DNA from: a virus
Length of the DNA: 38,905 nt
Strand: one strand, 5' to 3'
Virus genome (UHGV): UHGV-0112704
Shown: positions 8,867-19,388 of the stretch, in pieces
Position numbering within the stretch: the stretch's first letter is position 1
How the letters are laid out: each line of letters opens with the position of its first letter
The notes under the pieces: model-generated
Told to the model about the DNA's origin: nothing
What the model saw: the letters and a program-made list of their open reading frames with translations, nothing else
Database searches by the model: none
Position numbers and translations under genes: made by a program

Positions 8867-10369
8867 TTATTTATTGAAATTGATGATGATATCGGCACTG
8901 TGAACAGCACCAGCATTCTTCACTGCTACCTGAACAACCGGGGATTTGCGTTCCTGCCTGTCTGCGGTTGACTGGTCTTTCAGGTCACCGGCCAGCACGT
9001 AATACCCGTTTTGCTCGATATTTCGCAGAAACATATCCCGATCCCCGAAGAAGTCAGGCAGCGTCCAGGTACCCGGATTGAACACCCCAGCCTTCACAAA
9101 CCCATGCGTGGTTTTCTCTACACAGTCCTCTAACTGATCAACGCCATAATAGGTTTGTGGGACTTTAGTCGGCGTGGTTTTAAGGAGGTTGAAGGAATCC
9201 GTCTGCACTGCGTCAACGTAGGCCATCAGGTTATAGACGTTGTCGACAAAATCATTAGCACCGCTCGACAGCACGCAGGGAACGTCTTTAATCGTGGTGT
9301 AGATGTCGAGACCTACACGCTTCGCTTTGTCGATCTCCGTCTGCTCATAACTTTCGGCCGGCACGTTCATCGTTTTGAGGTGCAAAGTGATTGCAGTGCG
9401 TTCTCCGTTGAAATTAACGGTATGCGTGCGCGCCATATAGCTAACACCAAATTTCCGGTTGCCTGTTTTGCTGTAGAGCATGCGGAAATTACTCTGGCTG
9501 GCGAGTGTTACCGCCCATGCCGGGTTAGTCGGATCAACTTCCAGAGCTGCCGAACCGGTAAATGTCTCATACACGATTACCGCGTTCGCTTTAGCCCATG
9601 AAGCGATCAACGGCACCTGCGCATCGAGAATTTTGTCGATGAAGGCCGCGCCTTTTACGTTGACCTGCGCTTTGAGTTTGCTGAGAGATTCCAGTTGTGT
9701 TTCCGGTGAAATCTCAGTTGATGCGCTACCGTTTACCAGCGAAGCGCCGGAACCCTCCGCAACCGCCAGCAGATCGCCAATAAAAGAGCCACCATCCAGC
9801 ACTGTCGGATAACCAACAACAGAGTTAGTCCCTGTCGATTTGTTGGTAATCGCTATACGGCTGCCATCAAAAACAACCGATGCAACATCTGGCGTAATTT
9901 TCGCCTGGATTTGGGCGATGACATCTGCCAGTGTCGTCGCCGTCATGCCATTAATTTCAGTCACATCGTGCTTAGTGCCGTCAATCTCAATACTGAATGA
10001 CCAGTCAGACTTCTCGCGTAACGCTGGCAGTACGACTGCCTGAGAAATCTCACCGCCACGCAGTACACCGCTGGTCGCAGGCAGCGTTTCCCCGGCAGCG
10101 TTCCAGTAACCGACGATCAGCGTGCCGCCCGCGGATACCGGGTTAGGACTGGTCCCGAAAAACACATTCGCAAAAGCTGCGGTGACTGAAGAAGCCCCCC
10201 AGTCCTGTTCGACAGCAGATGCGCTTTTGTATGAACGCCAGCGTTCAGCAGTGCTCAATACCCCCGTCTGGCTGGTCAGAATTGCGCAAACGTTGATGTT
10301 ATCTCGCGCCGCCGCCCGTCCCTCTTCGAGAAGCGTCACATTAATGACGTTATTAATTGATGCCGACAT
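8867..10369 (-). CDS. contractile tail sheath protein
   Basis: 500 aa ORF followed by the tube gene; size and order typical of myovirus-type sheath. Confidence 0.6.
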   Translation of the reverse strand: MSASINNVINVTLLEEGRAAARDNINVCAILTSQTGVLSTAERWRSYKSASAVEQDWGASSVTAAFANVFFGTSPNPVSAGGTLIVGYWNAAGETLPATSGVLRGGEISQAVVLPALREKSDWSFSIEIDGTKHDVTEINGMTATTLADVIAQIQAKITPDVASVVFDGSRIAITNKSTGTNSVVGYPTVLDGGSFIGDLLAVAEGSGASLVNGSASTEISPETQLESLSKLKAQVNVKGAAFIDKILDAQVPLIASWAKANAVIVYETFTGSAALEVDPTNPAWAVTLASQSNFRMLYSKTGNRKFGVSYMARTHTVNFNGERTAITLHLKTMNVPAESYEQTEIDKAKRVGLDIYTTIKDVPCVLSSGANDFVDNVYNLMAYVDAVQTDSFNLLKTTPTKVPQTYYGVDQLEDCVEKTTHGFVKAGVFNPGTWTLPDFFGDRDMFLRNIEQNGYYVLAGDLKDQSTADRQERKSPVVQVAVKNAGAVHSADIIINFNK

Positions 10370-10858
10370 TTACTTGTCCTCTAAAAATTGAAACTGCGGC
10401 GTATCGATGCGCAGTGTCTGCACGTCCCGCGCAGGGGCATACTGAACATTGAAACTCAGGTGAACACGATTACCGTGGGACTGCCCCAGGAGTTGCCCCA
10501 CATCGATGATGTTTGAGACGGCCATGATGGTGAGTGAATGCGTGCGGCGCAGTTCGTTCGCGTGCTGGCTTTCACTCAGCATCATGAAGCTTTCAGCGTT
10601 GACGTAAGCCTTATCCCCGTAAAACTCCAGGACAATCGCGTGGCTCACTGAGGCGCTATAAGTCATCACTTCCGCGTCACCATTAAAGCGCTGGCCACGG
10701 GCCAGCACTGATTGCGGTAGTGAGCCGTTTACCACGATATAACTGGTGGAAAAGTCGGACGCCTGCACGTTCCGACGGTCGAACTTGATCAGCTGTTCGT
10801 CGTAGTCCAGAAGGTCACGTACGAAACGCGCGACAGCTTTCAGATGGGGTTGTGTCAT
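10370..10858 (-). CDS. neck / tail completion protein
   Basis: 162 aa ORF between head and tail genes, coupled overlaps. Confidence 0.3.
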   Translation of the reverse strand: MTQPHLKAVARFVRDLLDYDEQLIKFDRRNVQASDFSTSYIVVNGSLPQSVLARGQRFNGDAEVMTYSASVSHAIVLEFYGDKAYVNAESFMMLSESQHANELRRTHSLTIMAVSNIIDVGQLLGQSHGNRVHLSFNVQYAPARDVQTLRIDTPQFQFLEDK

Positions 10859-11211
10859 GGCGTTGGCACCAGTAGCGGGAGCCGGGTTTCCTCGGCGATG
10901 ACAGCGCAGAATCCGTAATCCATAAAATCGGCCGGGGACACGACTTTGTAGTCCTTGCCTCCCTTCTCAATAAACTGACCGGTTTCAATTTTCAGCCGTG
11001 CATGAATCAGCAGATATTCTTTCGACCAGTCCAGGCTATCCAGCGTCAGATTCTCTTTGTTCGCACTTTGCACCACCGCCAGAATGTCCTGGCTGTTAAC
11101 AGTCACGACCGGTTCAAAATCGATGGTGGTTTCAGTGCGGGTTTTGAGTTTTACAGGCTGTTCCCAGCCGATTAACGCGTCGCTCATATCAAGGTCTGAT
11201 AAGTCGCTCAC
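10855..11211 (-). CDS. head-tail connector protein
   Basis: 118 aa ORF, positional. Confidence 0.3.
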   Translation of the reverse strand: MSDLSDLDMSDALIGWEQPVKLKTRTETTIDFEPVVTVNSQDILAVVQSANKENLTLDSLDWSKEYLLIHARLKIETGQFIEKGGKDYKVVSPADFMDYGFCAVIAEETRLPLLVPTP

Positions 11212-11789
11212 TTACGAACCTCCCACGTTATGGCACCACGCAGGGCGCCTGTATCAATTAACGGCGCAGACGATCCTTTAGCCTTTTTAGTTGCAGCAGT
11301 GATATCTGACCACGTGCCATACCCGGCAATCTCAAAGGCCTTCACGCTGATATTTCGCGCCGTCGCGCCTATCAAATTTAATGCGGTGTCAGCATCCATA
11401 CGCCCGGAGCCTACGGCTTCACAGGCCTTTTCGATTGCCCGGTTAATTTCCGACTTTTTGAGGGTGAAAGGAGCGCGAAGAAAGGATCGTTCAGGAATCG
11501 TTATCTTGTGAGCCGCTGTAAATCCGCTAACCGGACCCATGAAGGTCTTGCGGGTAAACGTAGCTTTTCCACCGGTTGCCATATACCCCGTCCCGCCAGG
11601 GTGATCGATTTCAGCACCGAACTCGTGAACCGCCCCGATCTCAATTATCGATGTTCCGTCATCGTGGGTTTTATTTCCCACCTTGCCCGCTGGCAAACCT
11701 ACGGCGACGTAATGGGTTTTCATCGCCTGAAGGTTCTTCAGATATTCCGTGGTTAGTCTTAAGGTTTCTTCTGGCGTCATGAGAAACAC
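11208..11789 (-). CDS. head-tail joining / virion morphogenesis protein
   Basis: 193 aa ORF, positional. Confidence 0.3.
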   Translation of the reverse strand: MFLMTPEETLRLTTEYLKNLQAMKTHYVAVGLPAGKVGNKTHDDGTSIIEIGAVHEFGAEIDHPGGTGYMATGGKATFTRKTFMGPVSGFTAAHKITIPERSFLRAPFTLKKSEINRAIEKACEAVGSGRMDADTALNLIGATARNISVKAFEIAGYGTWSDITAATKKAKGSSAPLIDTGALRGAITWEVRK

Positions 11790-11795
11790 TCCGCC

Positions 11796-12158
11796 CTAAC
11801 GAATCGCCAGCACGTGGACGCCCACCAGCTTACGTAACCTGATGTATTCCTGGCCGTAAGAACTGGAGGCATAACCATCGTGATTTGCACCAAACCCGGC
11901 ATCCGGGGCGGAATACCCTAAAGACAATCCAGCCACTGAACGACTGGTTATTGACTGGGCAGTTTTGCCGCTGGAATTTCCGGAAGGGGTTAACGCACCT
12001 GAGGCATAAAGAAGATGTGCCGCTAAAGCATGAAGCCCTTGCTCATAGAGCTTGTTCCATACTTTGCGGCTCATCTGGTTTGCTGCATCCTGTAGCGCCC
12101 CTTCTATTCGAGCAGGGGCAACACTGGCGAACTCGGGGTAACGAACGGTGAATTCCAT
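11796..12158 (-). CDS. head completion protein (start trimmed to internal ATG)
   Basis: The track ORF 11796-12263 overlaps the capsid gene by 90 nt. The ATG at 12158 (MEFTVRYPEF) is preceded by GGGGG and removes the overlap. Confidence 0.3.
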   Translation of the reverse strand: MEFTVRYPEFASVAPARIEGALQDAANQMSRKVWNKLYEQGLHALAAHLLYASGALTPSGNSSGKTAQSITSRSVAGLSLGYSAPDAGFGANHDGYASSSYGQEYIRLRKLVGVHVLAIR

Positions 12159-12172
12159 GCTACCCCCTGTGA

Positions 12173-13141
12173 TTACTCTGCCGGAGAGGATTTGTAATCC
12201 ACATACACCCCGGACTGCGGCTGTTTCCACATCGCGCCACCGAAGGCAGAGCGATAACCACACTCATAGGTCAGCAGATCACGCTGTCGTGCTGCCAGCA
12301 GTTCTGGCATATGCACTTCCATTTCGATGTAATCGGCTTCGTAGGTGTAGATTGCCAGGCGGGTTTTACCCGATTTGATACCTACCGCGTAATTGCTCGG
12401 GACTTTCACGAAAGTAATGTTGAAAGACTCATTACCAGAAGCCTTACGCAGCGCCGCCATAATGCGATCCATCGCCGCAATCGGGAGCAGGTCAGTACCC
12501 ACAACAATCGGATTCGGGTCGAATTTCTGCATGGCGAGCATAAAGTCGCTGGCGTCCATGGCGATATGCGTTGGCTGGATACGATAGCCGGATTTGCGCC
12601 ATGCCGCGTTATAAGCATCCAGCACCAGTTTCACGAACCCATCAGAGGTCATTTCGGCAATGGTTTTGCCTGACGTGTCGGTGATAAGCTGTACTTTCGT
12701 CCCTGTCAGCAACCCTTCCTGACCTTTAACGCCGCGATGGCCGACGTAACCGGCATACTGAATGGTAGCGAGGGCGTTGGCATACAGATCATCCTGCTTT
12801 TTGGTCTGCAGGTTGATGTTCAGACGTGCGATCTTCTCCAGTTCCTGCTGAGTCCAGGTTGCAGCTTTAGCCCACTGGCCAACAGGCGCTTTCAGCCATT
12901 CGATTTCACTATCAATGGTTTTCAGGCTGTTGGTTTTGTTACCAATGATGCCGTCTTTAACCGACCCGACCACTTCTGACACGCCGAAATCCACATATTC
13001 CAGAGAAAAATCCAGGCCGTCTTTAACCGGGAGGGCTTCACCGATGTTGATCTCTGGAAGTTCTTTTTCTTGCAACTGCATATCACGCTCAGTTAGCGCT
13101 TCCTGCAGCACTTCTTCGAAATCTGCTGATTCCATAGGCAT
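12173..13141 (-). CDS. major capsid protein
   Basis: 322 aa ORF downstream of the scaffold/protease-like gene; size and position typical of Mu-T-like major head protein. Confidence 0.55.
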   Translation of the reverse strand: MPMESADFEEVLQEALTERDMQLQEKELPEINIGEALPVKDGLDFSLEYVDFGVSEVVGSVKDGIIGNKTNSLKTIDSEIEWLKAPVGQWAKAATWTQQELEKIARLNINLQTKKQDDLYANALATIQYAGYVGHRGVKGQEGLLTGTKVQLITDTSGKTIAEMTSDGFVKLVLDAYNAAWRKSGYRIQPTHIAMDASDFMLAMQKFDPNPIVVGTDLLPIAAMDRIMAALRKASGNESFNITFVKVPSNYAVGIKSGKTRLAIYTYEADYIEMEVHMPELLAARQRDLLTYECGYRSAFGGAMWKQPQSGVYVDYKSSPAE

Positions 13142-13144
13142 TGG

Positions 13145-13636
13145 TTATGCTCCTTCCGTCTGCTGAACTGCCTGTTGTACGTAGCCCAGGGTGATAGCCA
13201 CGCAGTTATTACCCGCGCTCACATCTTCCACCCAGAAACCCAAATCAATATTTCCGGCTGCTTCTGTCGTCACCTTTCCGGCATCGGCACCCGTCGCCAC
13301 GATGTAAGCCGCCGCGCCACGAGTAAAATCAGCGTCATCGACTGTCAGCGCGCCGACGCAGTCGCCGTGAGAGAAATGCCCTACGTTGACCTGCTTGGTG
13401 TGCGGTGCACCTTCGCCGTAAATGTCGCGCACCACAATCCCGTGAATGCGTTTGCCAGCTGCGAGAGGCATCACGCCGCCGTCCGGGTTGACAGCTACGA
13501 ACGTGCCGTAGGGCAATTTCGTTTCGGTCAGGTTCTCTTCCCCCCAGACTTTATCGTTAGAGCTGGAGGCGCGTTTGATTGAACCTGGTTTAATAGTGCC
13601 GTCGGCACCATCCCAGTCAGTAAATCCGAAAGCCAT
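13145..13636 (-). CDS. head decoration / cement-like protein
   Basis: 163 aa Gly/Ala-rich ORF between the scaffold and capsid genes. Confidence 0.35.
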   Translation of the reverse strand: MAFGFTDWDGADGTIKPGSIKRASSSNDKVWGEENLTETKLPYGTFVAVNPDGGVMPLAAGKRIHGIVVRDIYGEGAPHTKQVNVGHFSHGDCVGALTVDDADFTRGAAAYIVATGADAGKVTTEAAGNIDLGFWVEDVSAGNNCVAITLGYVQQAVQQTEGA

Positions 13637-13638
13637 AG

Positions 13639-14784
13639 TTATTTACCCCCAAGGCGTTGAGTTGCGGTTTTAGTGCTTTTGTTCGCGGAGTCGTTAAACA
13701 GATGAGCACCGATTTCACTGCGTGGCTTCGAGGTGGCTTGAATAGCCGCATATGCCGCGCGGACTTCGCTGTCAGTCATTGCTTTGACCTCAGCATCGTT
13801 AAATGCTTTAGTGCTCACCAGTACGGCGGCACGCACGTCACGCGCTGATTTGGCATCATTGAAGCTGACTTTAGGGAAGCGGGCTTTCGCGTCTGCCAGT
13901 GTGGTGCTGGTTTCGTTGCCGGATTTCAGCTGCTCCAGTTCTTCTTCCAGCGCTTTAACCTTCGCTTTCAGATCGGCGTTTTCGGTTTCCAGCGCAGTGA
14001 TTTTCGCGTCCTTGTCGTCACCACCAGCGGCAGGATCTTCATCGTTCGGCGATGGTGCCCCCGTCATGCCTTCCAGTTGAGTTTTAAGGTCAGCGAGTTG
14101 CGCCAGCACTTCCTGAGCCTTTGCCGTCGCCTCGTCAGTCCCTTGCCCCTGGAGTTCTGCCAGTGCTTTTTCCAGCGCGGCGATCATGCCGACCAGTTCG
14201 TCAGGAGTTAGCGCTGCACCGTCCGCATCCTTCAGTTTTTTGCCCTTCAGGAAACTCAGGGCGTCAGTTAATGTTTTGAACATCGGCTTACCTTTTTTGT
14301 CGTTTAACTTACACTGAGGCCCGTAGCGCCCCTCTGCCACGCCCGCGACATGATTGCCGCGAATGTTGATGTGGTAATACTTACCGCCCCTTTCCTCGAG
14401 TTCAGCAGGCTCATATCCAACGGATACTTCACGAATCCCCGTTTCTTCCAGCGTCTTAATTGCAACGGCATCCGTCAGAAAAACGTCGCAGACCACCTCA
14501 CCACCCTCGATACGGGTATTGGCGATATGACCGGATGCTTTGTCTTTGTGGTCTGCTGCGGTGACTTCCCCGTCGTCGGGGTGCGTTATGGTGAACGGGA
14601 GGCCATTGAATGAAGCGAGTGTTTCAGGTTTTGATAATTCGTCGAGGGTGCGGACAACGGTGATTTTTTTGTTGGCATCGCTGCCAGTTAATCCCAGTTC
14701 GTGACCGTAATATTCAATCGGCCCTGCGCGGGTGATCGTCGCAGTGGTAATCACATACCCCTGCGGTGTTCGTTTCCACTTCAT
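13639..14784 (-). CDS. head scaffolding / maturation protein
   Basis: 381 aa; central Ala/Glu/Leu/Lys-rich coiled-coil stretch (ALEKALAELQGQGTDEATAKAQEVLAQLADLKTQLEG...ENADLKAKVKALEEELEQLK) typical of scaffolds. Confidence 0.5.
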   Translation of the reverse strand: MKWKRTPQGYVITTATITRAGPIEYYGHELGLTGSDANKKITVVRTLDELSKPETLASFNGLPFTITHPDDGEVTAADHKDKASGHIANTRIEGGEVVCDVFLTDAVAIKTLEETGIREVSVGYEPAELEERGGKYYHINIRGNHVAGVAEGRYGPQCKLNDKKGKPMFKTLTDALSFLKGKKLKDADGAALTPDELVGMIAALEKALAELQGQGTDEATAKAQEVLAQLADLKTQLEGMTGAPSPNDEDPAAGGDDKDAKITALETENADLKAKVKALEEELEQLKSGNETSTTLADAKARFPKVSFNDAKSARDVRAAVLVSTKAFNDAEVKAMTDSEVRAAYAAIQATSKPRSEIGAHLFNDSANKSTKTATQRLGGK

Positions 14785-14787
14785 TGA

Positions 14788-15639
14788 TTAATCCCATGAG
14801 ACGTAAGGGAGGGCCAGGCATCGGCATTGGTAATCCTCGCCGGGTTTACCGATGAATGCCCCGATGGTTGAGCGTTTCTTCCACGTTTTGCCGCCGTCGT
14901 CTGAGTAGACCGTCGGATCGGAGTATTTACAGAGCATGCCGTTTAACGCGGAATGACTGTCACGCTCCCGTTCGTCGCCAGTACCTCCCCACTCATACAG
15001 GTCAAGACCAAGAGCAACATTTCGCGCTTCAGTCAGGTCTGCGTTCAGTTTTGAGGTCTGGTCACGTGCGATTAGCCTGGCGCGGTTGCGGGTGACATTC
15101 CCGCGCTCCTTGATTATGTCGATCAGGTTTTCATGTCGGCCGCCGTCTTTCATGTTCTCGAAAACCTCCGCGCCGATATCGTGGATAAAGTCGGTATGGA
15201 TGGAGGTGATCAGGTCGACATTGTCATTAACCGCCTTTTCCATTTCTGGCTTTATCGCGCCATCGCCGAGCATCCCGGTCAGATCAATCCCAAAAGCCTG
15301 AGAGAAAGTGCGCTGAGTCTGCTCTTTGTTCTGCAGGTTTGCCCGCGTAACGAATCCGGCAGAGAGTCGGGCGGCGACCTCCTGAATTGAAATGCTCGCT
15401 AATCGCTGCATGACTGCCGCAAGGCGCGCTGTAATCGACAAAGGAGTGGTATCGGGCGCATCGGTGAGTGTGGGCTTGTCCAGCTCGTCCAGGAGTGTCT
15501 GAAGCATGCTATCGACAAACTCAATCAGCCTGTCTCGATACCAGACCTCTGCACGCTTGCTGGCGGTTGGTGGCCGCATCCGTCGGCGTCGTGGTTTAAG
15601 GCGCCCCTGTTTGCGCTCCAGCAGCTGTTTCAGGTCCAT
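14788..15639 (-). CDS. head morphogenesis protein (Mu F / SPP1 gp7 family)
   Basis: 283 aa ORF directly downstream of the portal gene, as in Mu-like head modules; basic N-terminus. Confidence 0.55.
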   Translation of the reverse strand: MDLKQLLERKQGRLKPRRRRMRPPTASKRAEVWYRDRLIEFVDSMLQTLLDELDKPTLTDAPDTTPLSITARLAAVMQRLASISIQEVAARLSAGFVTRANLQNKEQTQRTFSQAFGIDLTGMLGDGAIKPEMEKAVNDNVDLITSIHTDFIHDIGAEVFENMKDGGRHENLIDIIKERGNVTRNRARLIARDQTSKLNADLTEARNVALGLDLYEWGGTGDERERDSHSALNGMLCKYSDPTVYSDDGGKTWKKRSTIGAFIGKPGEDYQCRCLALPYVSWD

Positions 15640-16919
15640 GTGCCACCCCCTGCGACAATCGCCTTAATTTCTGCTTCGGTGACCGTCTTCAGTACGCCCC
15701 GGTTTATCATTTCCCTGATAGCAACTTCTTCCGTCAGGATTGAACCCGTTACCAGCGTATTAAATCCGGTGGCGTACTGGCTAAACCGGTTAGCTTCGTC
15801 AGCCTCATTAATACTGTCGATTGTCGGGTATTCGTAGGTAAGGCTTTCCGTTATGGCGAGTTTATCCAGCGTGAACTGGTCGGCGAAATCCTGCATTGGA
15901 CGAAGCCGGGACTCCTGAAGTCCGTTAATCGTCTCGTAATAGGATTTATTGTCTTCCTCTCCGCTGCTGAACCCGCTGGCAGACTCACCAAACAGAACCG
16001 TTATGGGCCTGTCCAGAGCACCGGCCAGTACAATCGCCATTTTGCTGATCACATCCGACAGTCCGGTAAATTGCGCGTTTTTCTGCTCATAGCGCCCTTG
16101 AGATGTTGTATCACCAGCGTCAATTAGCAGCAGCCCGGTTGAGGATTTAGTTTCCTTCATCACCCTGGCGTATTCGCGCACCTGCCCTTCCTGACCCGCT
16201 GCGATCTGGTTATTCATGCCGGGGATAAACAGCACATCGACGTTTGCCTCCTGTATGGTGTCTCCGGTGCTGAGGATTGCTGTGTCGAAGGTTTTGATAT
16301 GCTCATAGGGCGCCTGAAGGTCTGACGTGCCAAACTTTGCGCGATCCTTAATGCTGTGATTGCCCAGCTTTGTCCGGCAGCAGCGGGAATGATGAAACCT
16401 GAGTTGCTTCGTCCCGACATCAAGTTGATACGTCAGCGGCTCACCAAAACAGTCCGAACGTATGTCGGTGATGACATTACTGTCCGGCGTGTACTCCCCT
16501 TTACGGAACACCAGGAATTTAACGATATCTTCGCTCTGCAAATTGAGCGGCAAGGCTATCTGGTCATCAGCACAATCCGTGATAGCCACGATTAGCGAGT
16601 CACCCAACAGAGAGGCCCATCCCAGCGCGCTGTGAAAGACTGCGTTTAATTTCAGTTCTTTTTCAGCGTCAGCGATGCGTTTGGTTATGGAGCTATCGAC
16701 GTCGCCCGAAAATTTACGGGGCAACTTCAGCATGTCGTCGGCGGTTTTGTTGATGTACTTTTTCACCACCCACGATTTTTTATACATCGCGAGCAGCTCT
16801 TTATCAGGTACGTCAGGCTTACTGCTGCTATACCGCACTGCGCCAATCTTCTCGCCGAGCGAAGTCATTAAGCTAACCAGGCCATCATTCAGACGACCAA
16901 CGATATTTTTTCTCGTCAT
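15630..16919 (-). CDS. portal protein
   Basis: 429 aa ORF immediately downstream of the large terminase gene with an ATGA start/stop overlap. Confidence 0.65.
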   Translation of the reverse strand: MTRKNIVGRLNDGLVSLMTSLGEKIGAVRYSSSKPDVPDKELLAMYKKSWVVKKYINKTADDMLKLPRKFSGDVDSSITKRIADAEKELKLNAVFHSALGWASLLGDSLIVAITDCADDQIALPLNLQSEDIVKFLVFRKGEYTPDSNVITDIRSDCFGEPLTYQLDVGTKQLRFHHSRCCRTKLGNHSIKDRAKFGTSDLQAPYEHIKTFDTAILSTGDTIQEANVDVLFIPGMNNQIAAGQEGQVREYARVMKETKSSTGLLLIDAGDTTSQGRYEQKNAQFTGLSDVISKMAIVLAGALDRPITVLFGESASGFSSGEEDNKSYYETINGLQESRLRPMQDFADQFTLDKLAITESLTYEYPTIDSINEADEANRFSQYATGFNTLVTGSILTEEVAIREMINRGVLKTVTEAEIKAIVAGGGTWT

Positions 16920-18337
16920 TACATGATGTCCAGTGGGCTGAGTGTTTTTCTCTGATACAAATCGCGTAGTCCCTGTGTCATTGCATCGACAACGTCATCG
17001 TTCGCGCCGACAGGGAACGTGGTAATTTCCTCGACCGTCTCAGTGATCCACGGTGCGATGTCTTTATGGGGAAGGAAAACGTTACCTGCTTCCCATACAG
17101 CGGTGATCGCATGCGCCCGGGCGACTTTGCTGCCGTCCGGTTCAACGGGAACGAGTCCTGCTACGGTGCTTTTCAGTGAATCAATAACCGCCGGGCCGTT
17201 GGCTTTATCCTCCACCAGCTTGCGCAGGCCTTTGGGGTATTCGTCGGCCATGCGTTTAACGGCTTTGAGTGTTGCGGTAAAGCTCATGCGCGCGCGCACC
17301 TGGTGAAGCAGATAAGCATTGGCGCCTTTTTTCCCCCATACCTGCCCGACAACGTAGTCGGTGCCCTCGCTGTCTTTGAAGGTCATATCCCAGCTATGGA
17401 CGACAATATCGAAGTTGGTCGGCAAGTCTTTCGGGAGGTAATACTTGATCCACTCGTCTTTGAAGATTGAGCCGCCGGCCTGTTTTGGTGACTGCTGATA
17501 CATCGCAGACCAGAAGTAATCCCCGAGAATGGTTTTGGTTTCGAGCAGCTTTTCTTTCGGGTGCAGTTCAGGCACCAGCGCTTCACCCTGCTCGTTGATT
17601 GCAGGGAACGCCAGCACCTTAGCGCGCGGCGTGATTTCCACCACACGCCCGGATAAATCATCTGTCGCCCAGCGGGTCGCCATGATGATTTCGCCGCTGT
17701 TTTTCGACAGACGCGTTTTAAACGTGGAAACGTACCAGTTCCAGATAGATTTTTTGGTCGTCGGGCTGAGTGCTTCTTTGGCGTTTTTTATCGGGTCATC
17801 GATGATACCGAGATCGATTTTCTTACCTGTTAACGGGCCGCCTACGCCCGCACAGACATACGTTCCCTTATGGTTGGCTATACCGAATTCGTCAGTGTTA
17901 CGCTTTACGGCCACACCATCAGCCGGCTTATTTCCCAACCAGGCACCCGGAAATATGTTGCGGTATTCCGGCGTGGACATAATGCGCTGAACATCGGCGT
18001 TCATGTCCCCGGCAAGGTCAGCGGAGTACGACAAAGCGCCCACGCGCATTTCAGGATATTTTCCGAAGAAATACGCTGGCAGGTAACGCGAAACGATATC
18101 CGATTTACCATGCTGCGGCGGCGCACCGAGAATCAGTATCGGGCGCAGCCCGTTCATCATATCCAGCAGGAACTGATCCAGAGCGTCGCAGACCGTCTGA
18201 GAGAACTTGCTGGTGATGTATTCGGGATTAATGTACTGAATGAAGTCGTGGAGGCTTGCCCGCGCATTGCGTCGTTTGAGTAACTCGGCCGCTGCTTCCT
18301 GCTTACTTACCAGCGATAATTGCGGCGAGCTGCTCAT
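16919..18337 (-). CDS. terminase large subunit
   Basis: 472 aa; Walker A-like P-loop ILILGAPPQHGKSD; Walker B-like IDLGIIDDP; acidic nuclease-type C-terminal half. Confidence 0.8.
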   Translation of the reverse strand: MSSSPQLSLVSKQEAAAELLKRRNARASLHDFIQYINPEYITSKFSQTVCDALDQFLLDMMNGLRPILILGAPPQHGKSDIVSRYLPAYFFGKYPEMRVGALSYSADLAGDMNADVQRIMSTPEYRNIFPGAWLGNKPADGVAVKRNTDEFGIANHKGTYVCAGVGGPLTGKKIDLGIIDDPIKNAKEALSPTTKKSIWNWYVSTFKTRLSKNSGEIIMATRWATDDLSGRVVEITPRAKVLAFPAINEQGEALVPELHPKEKLLETKTILGDYFWSAMYQQSPKQAGGSIFKDEWIKYYLPKDLPTNFDIVVHSWDMTFKDSEGTDYVVGQVWGKKGANAYLLHQVRARMSFTATLKAVKRMADEYPKGLRKLVEDKANGPAVIDSLKSTVAGLVPVEPDGSKVARAHAITAVWEAGNVFLPHKDIAPWITETVEEITTFPVGANDDVVDAMTQGLRDLYQRKTLSPLDIM

Positions 18338-19301
18338 CAGTCAGATCCTCCGCGCTTACTGTGTGATTATGCTGTATGGGCTCACCATTCGGGCCGCTTA
18401 ACTCAGTTTTGGTTTTCAGCATGCCGAGGTGTTGTGCGACCATCTTCATAGCCTCATCCTGATTGCGGGTGATCATTTCAAGGCCAAATTTGCCCTCTTT
18501 AATCCCGGCAAAAAGGCGGCGTTCTGCGCCCTTCAAATCTCGTGTATCGTGGAAAACAGGACGGCTCAGACCAACGCCATTGCAGCGGGGGCAATCCGGG
18601 TTCGGGTCCAGTGTGCCGTCGTAGCCGTAGCCGCCCGTATCCTTAGGCTGCATGGCACCTTCCTTCCCCTTAACCTTTTCTTCTGCTTCCTCAAACTCAA
18701 CTGCATCGCGCCACTGGTAGTTAAAACCGAGTCCCCAGCAGTAACGGCAACAGCCGCGGTGATGTTCAGTAAGTTGCGTAGCGTCTGCCGTCGCAATGTC
18801 CCACCACCATTTCAACACTTCGTCCTGCGTTATCTTCACTCTTCGCGAGCGTTCGTCCAGCGCGTCGCGGATTGCCTGGCTGACCTTAGCATTTCTTAGC
18901 AGGCGCGAGGCGTTAACGTAAGCCGTATTTCCTTCACCTTTATAGCCAGCTCGCTTGTATGCAGCGGTCCTGTTCAGATCGAGAAGATACTCTTCGACAA
19001 ACCTGATCTGCATATCGTTAAGGCCGTAATTGCGCAGGTTGAAGGGTTGCGCACTTTCCTGTATATCGGTCTGCGCATCAGTTGAGGATTGCTCATACTG
19101 CGCAGTGGTAGGGGCTTGTTCAGTCTGCGCATTGCGCACTTTCTTCTGCGCATTTTTTTGCGCAGTTGGCTTTTTGATATAGCGCCGCGCAGATGTGTAA
19201 TTCAGCCCCCGCGCTTCACACCAGTCTTTGGGGGAAATACCGGATTTAGCATGCTCGGCGAGGAACTGGTGTTGCAGTGATCCCCAGTCCGGTTTTGCCA
19301 T
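18303..19301 (-). CDS. terminase small subunit
   Basis: 332 aa ORF directly upstream of and overlapping the large terminase gene; N-terminal DNA-binding-like region. Confidence 0.6.
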   Translation of the reverse strand: MAKPDWGSLQHQFLAEHAKSGISPKDWCEARGLNYTSARRYIKKPTAQKNAQKKVRNAQTEQAPTTAQYEQSSTDAQTDIQESAQPFNLRNYGLNDMQIRFVEEYLLDLNRTAAYKRAGYKGEGNTAYVNASRLLRNAKVSQAIRDALDERSRRVKITQDEVLKWWWDIATADATQLTEHHRGCCRYCWGLGFNYQWRDAVEFEEAEEKVKGKEGAMQPKDTGGYGYDGTLDPNPDCPRCNGVGLSRPVFHDTRDLKGAERRLFAGIKEGKFGLEMITRNQDEAMKMVAQHLGMLKTKTELSGPNGEPIQHNHTVSAEDLTDEQLAAIIAGK

Positions 19302-19388
19302 TTTAACCCTCAGTTTCTTGAAAACTATTTAATCAGATGTATCTTTGATAACGCAGTATCAACGCTCTATTAATTCAAGGAATTTAGA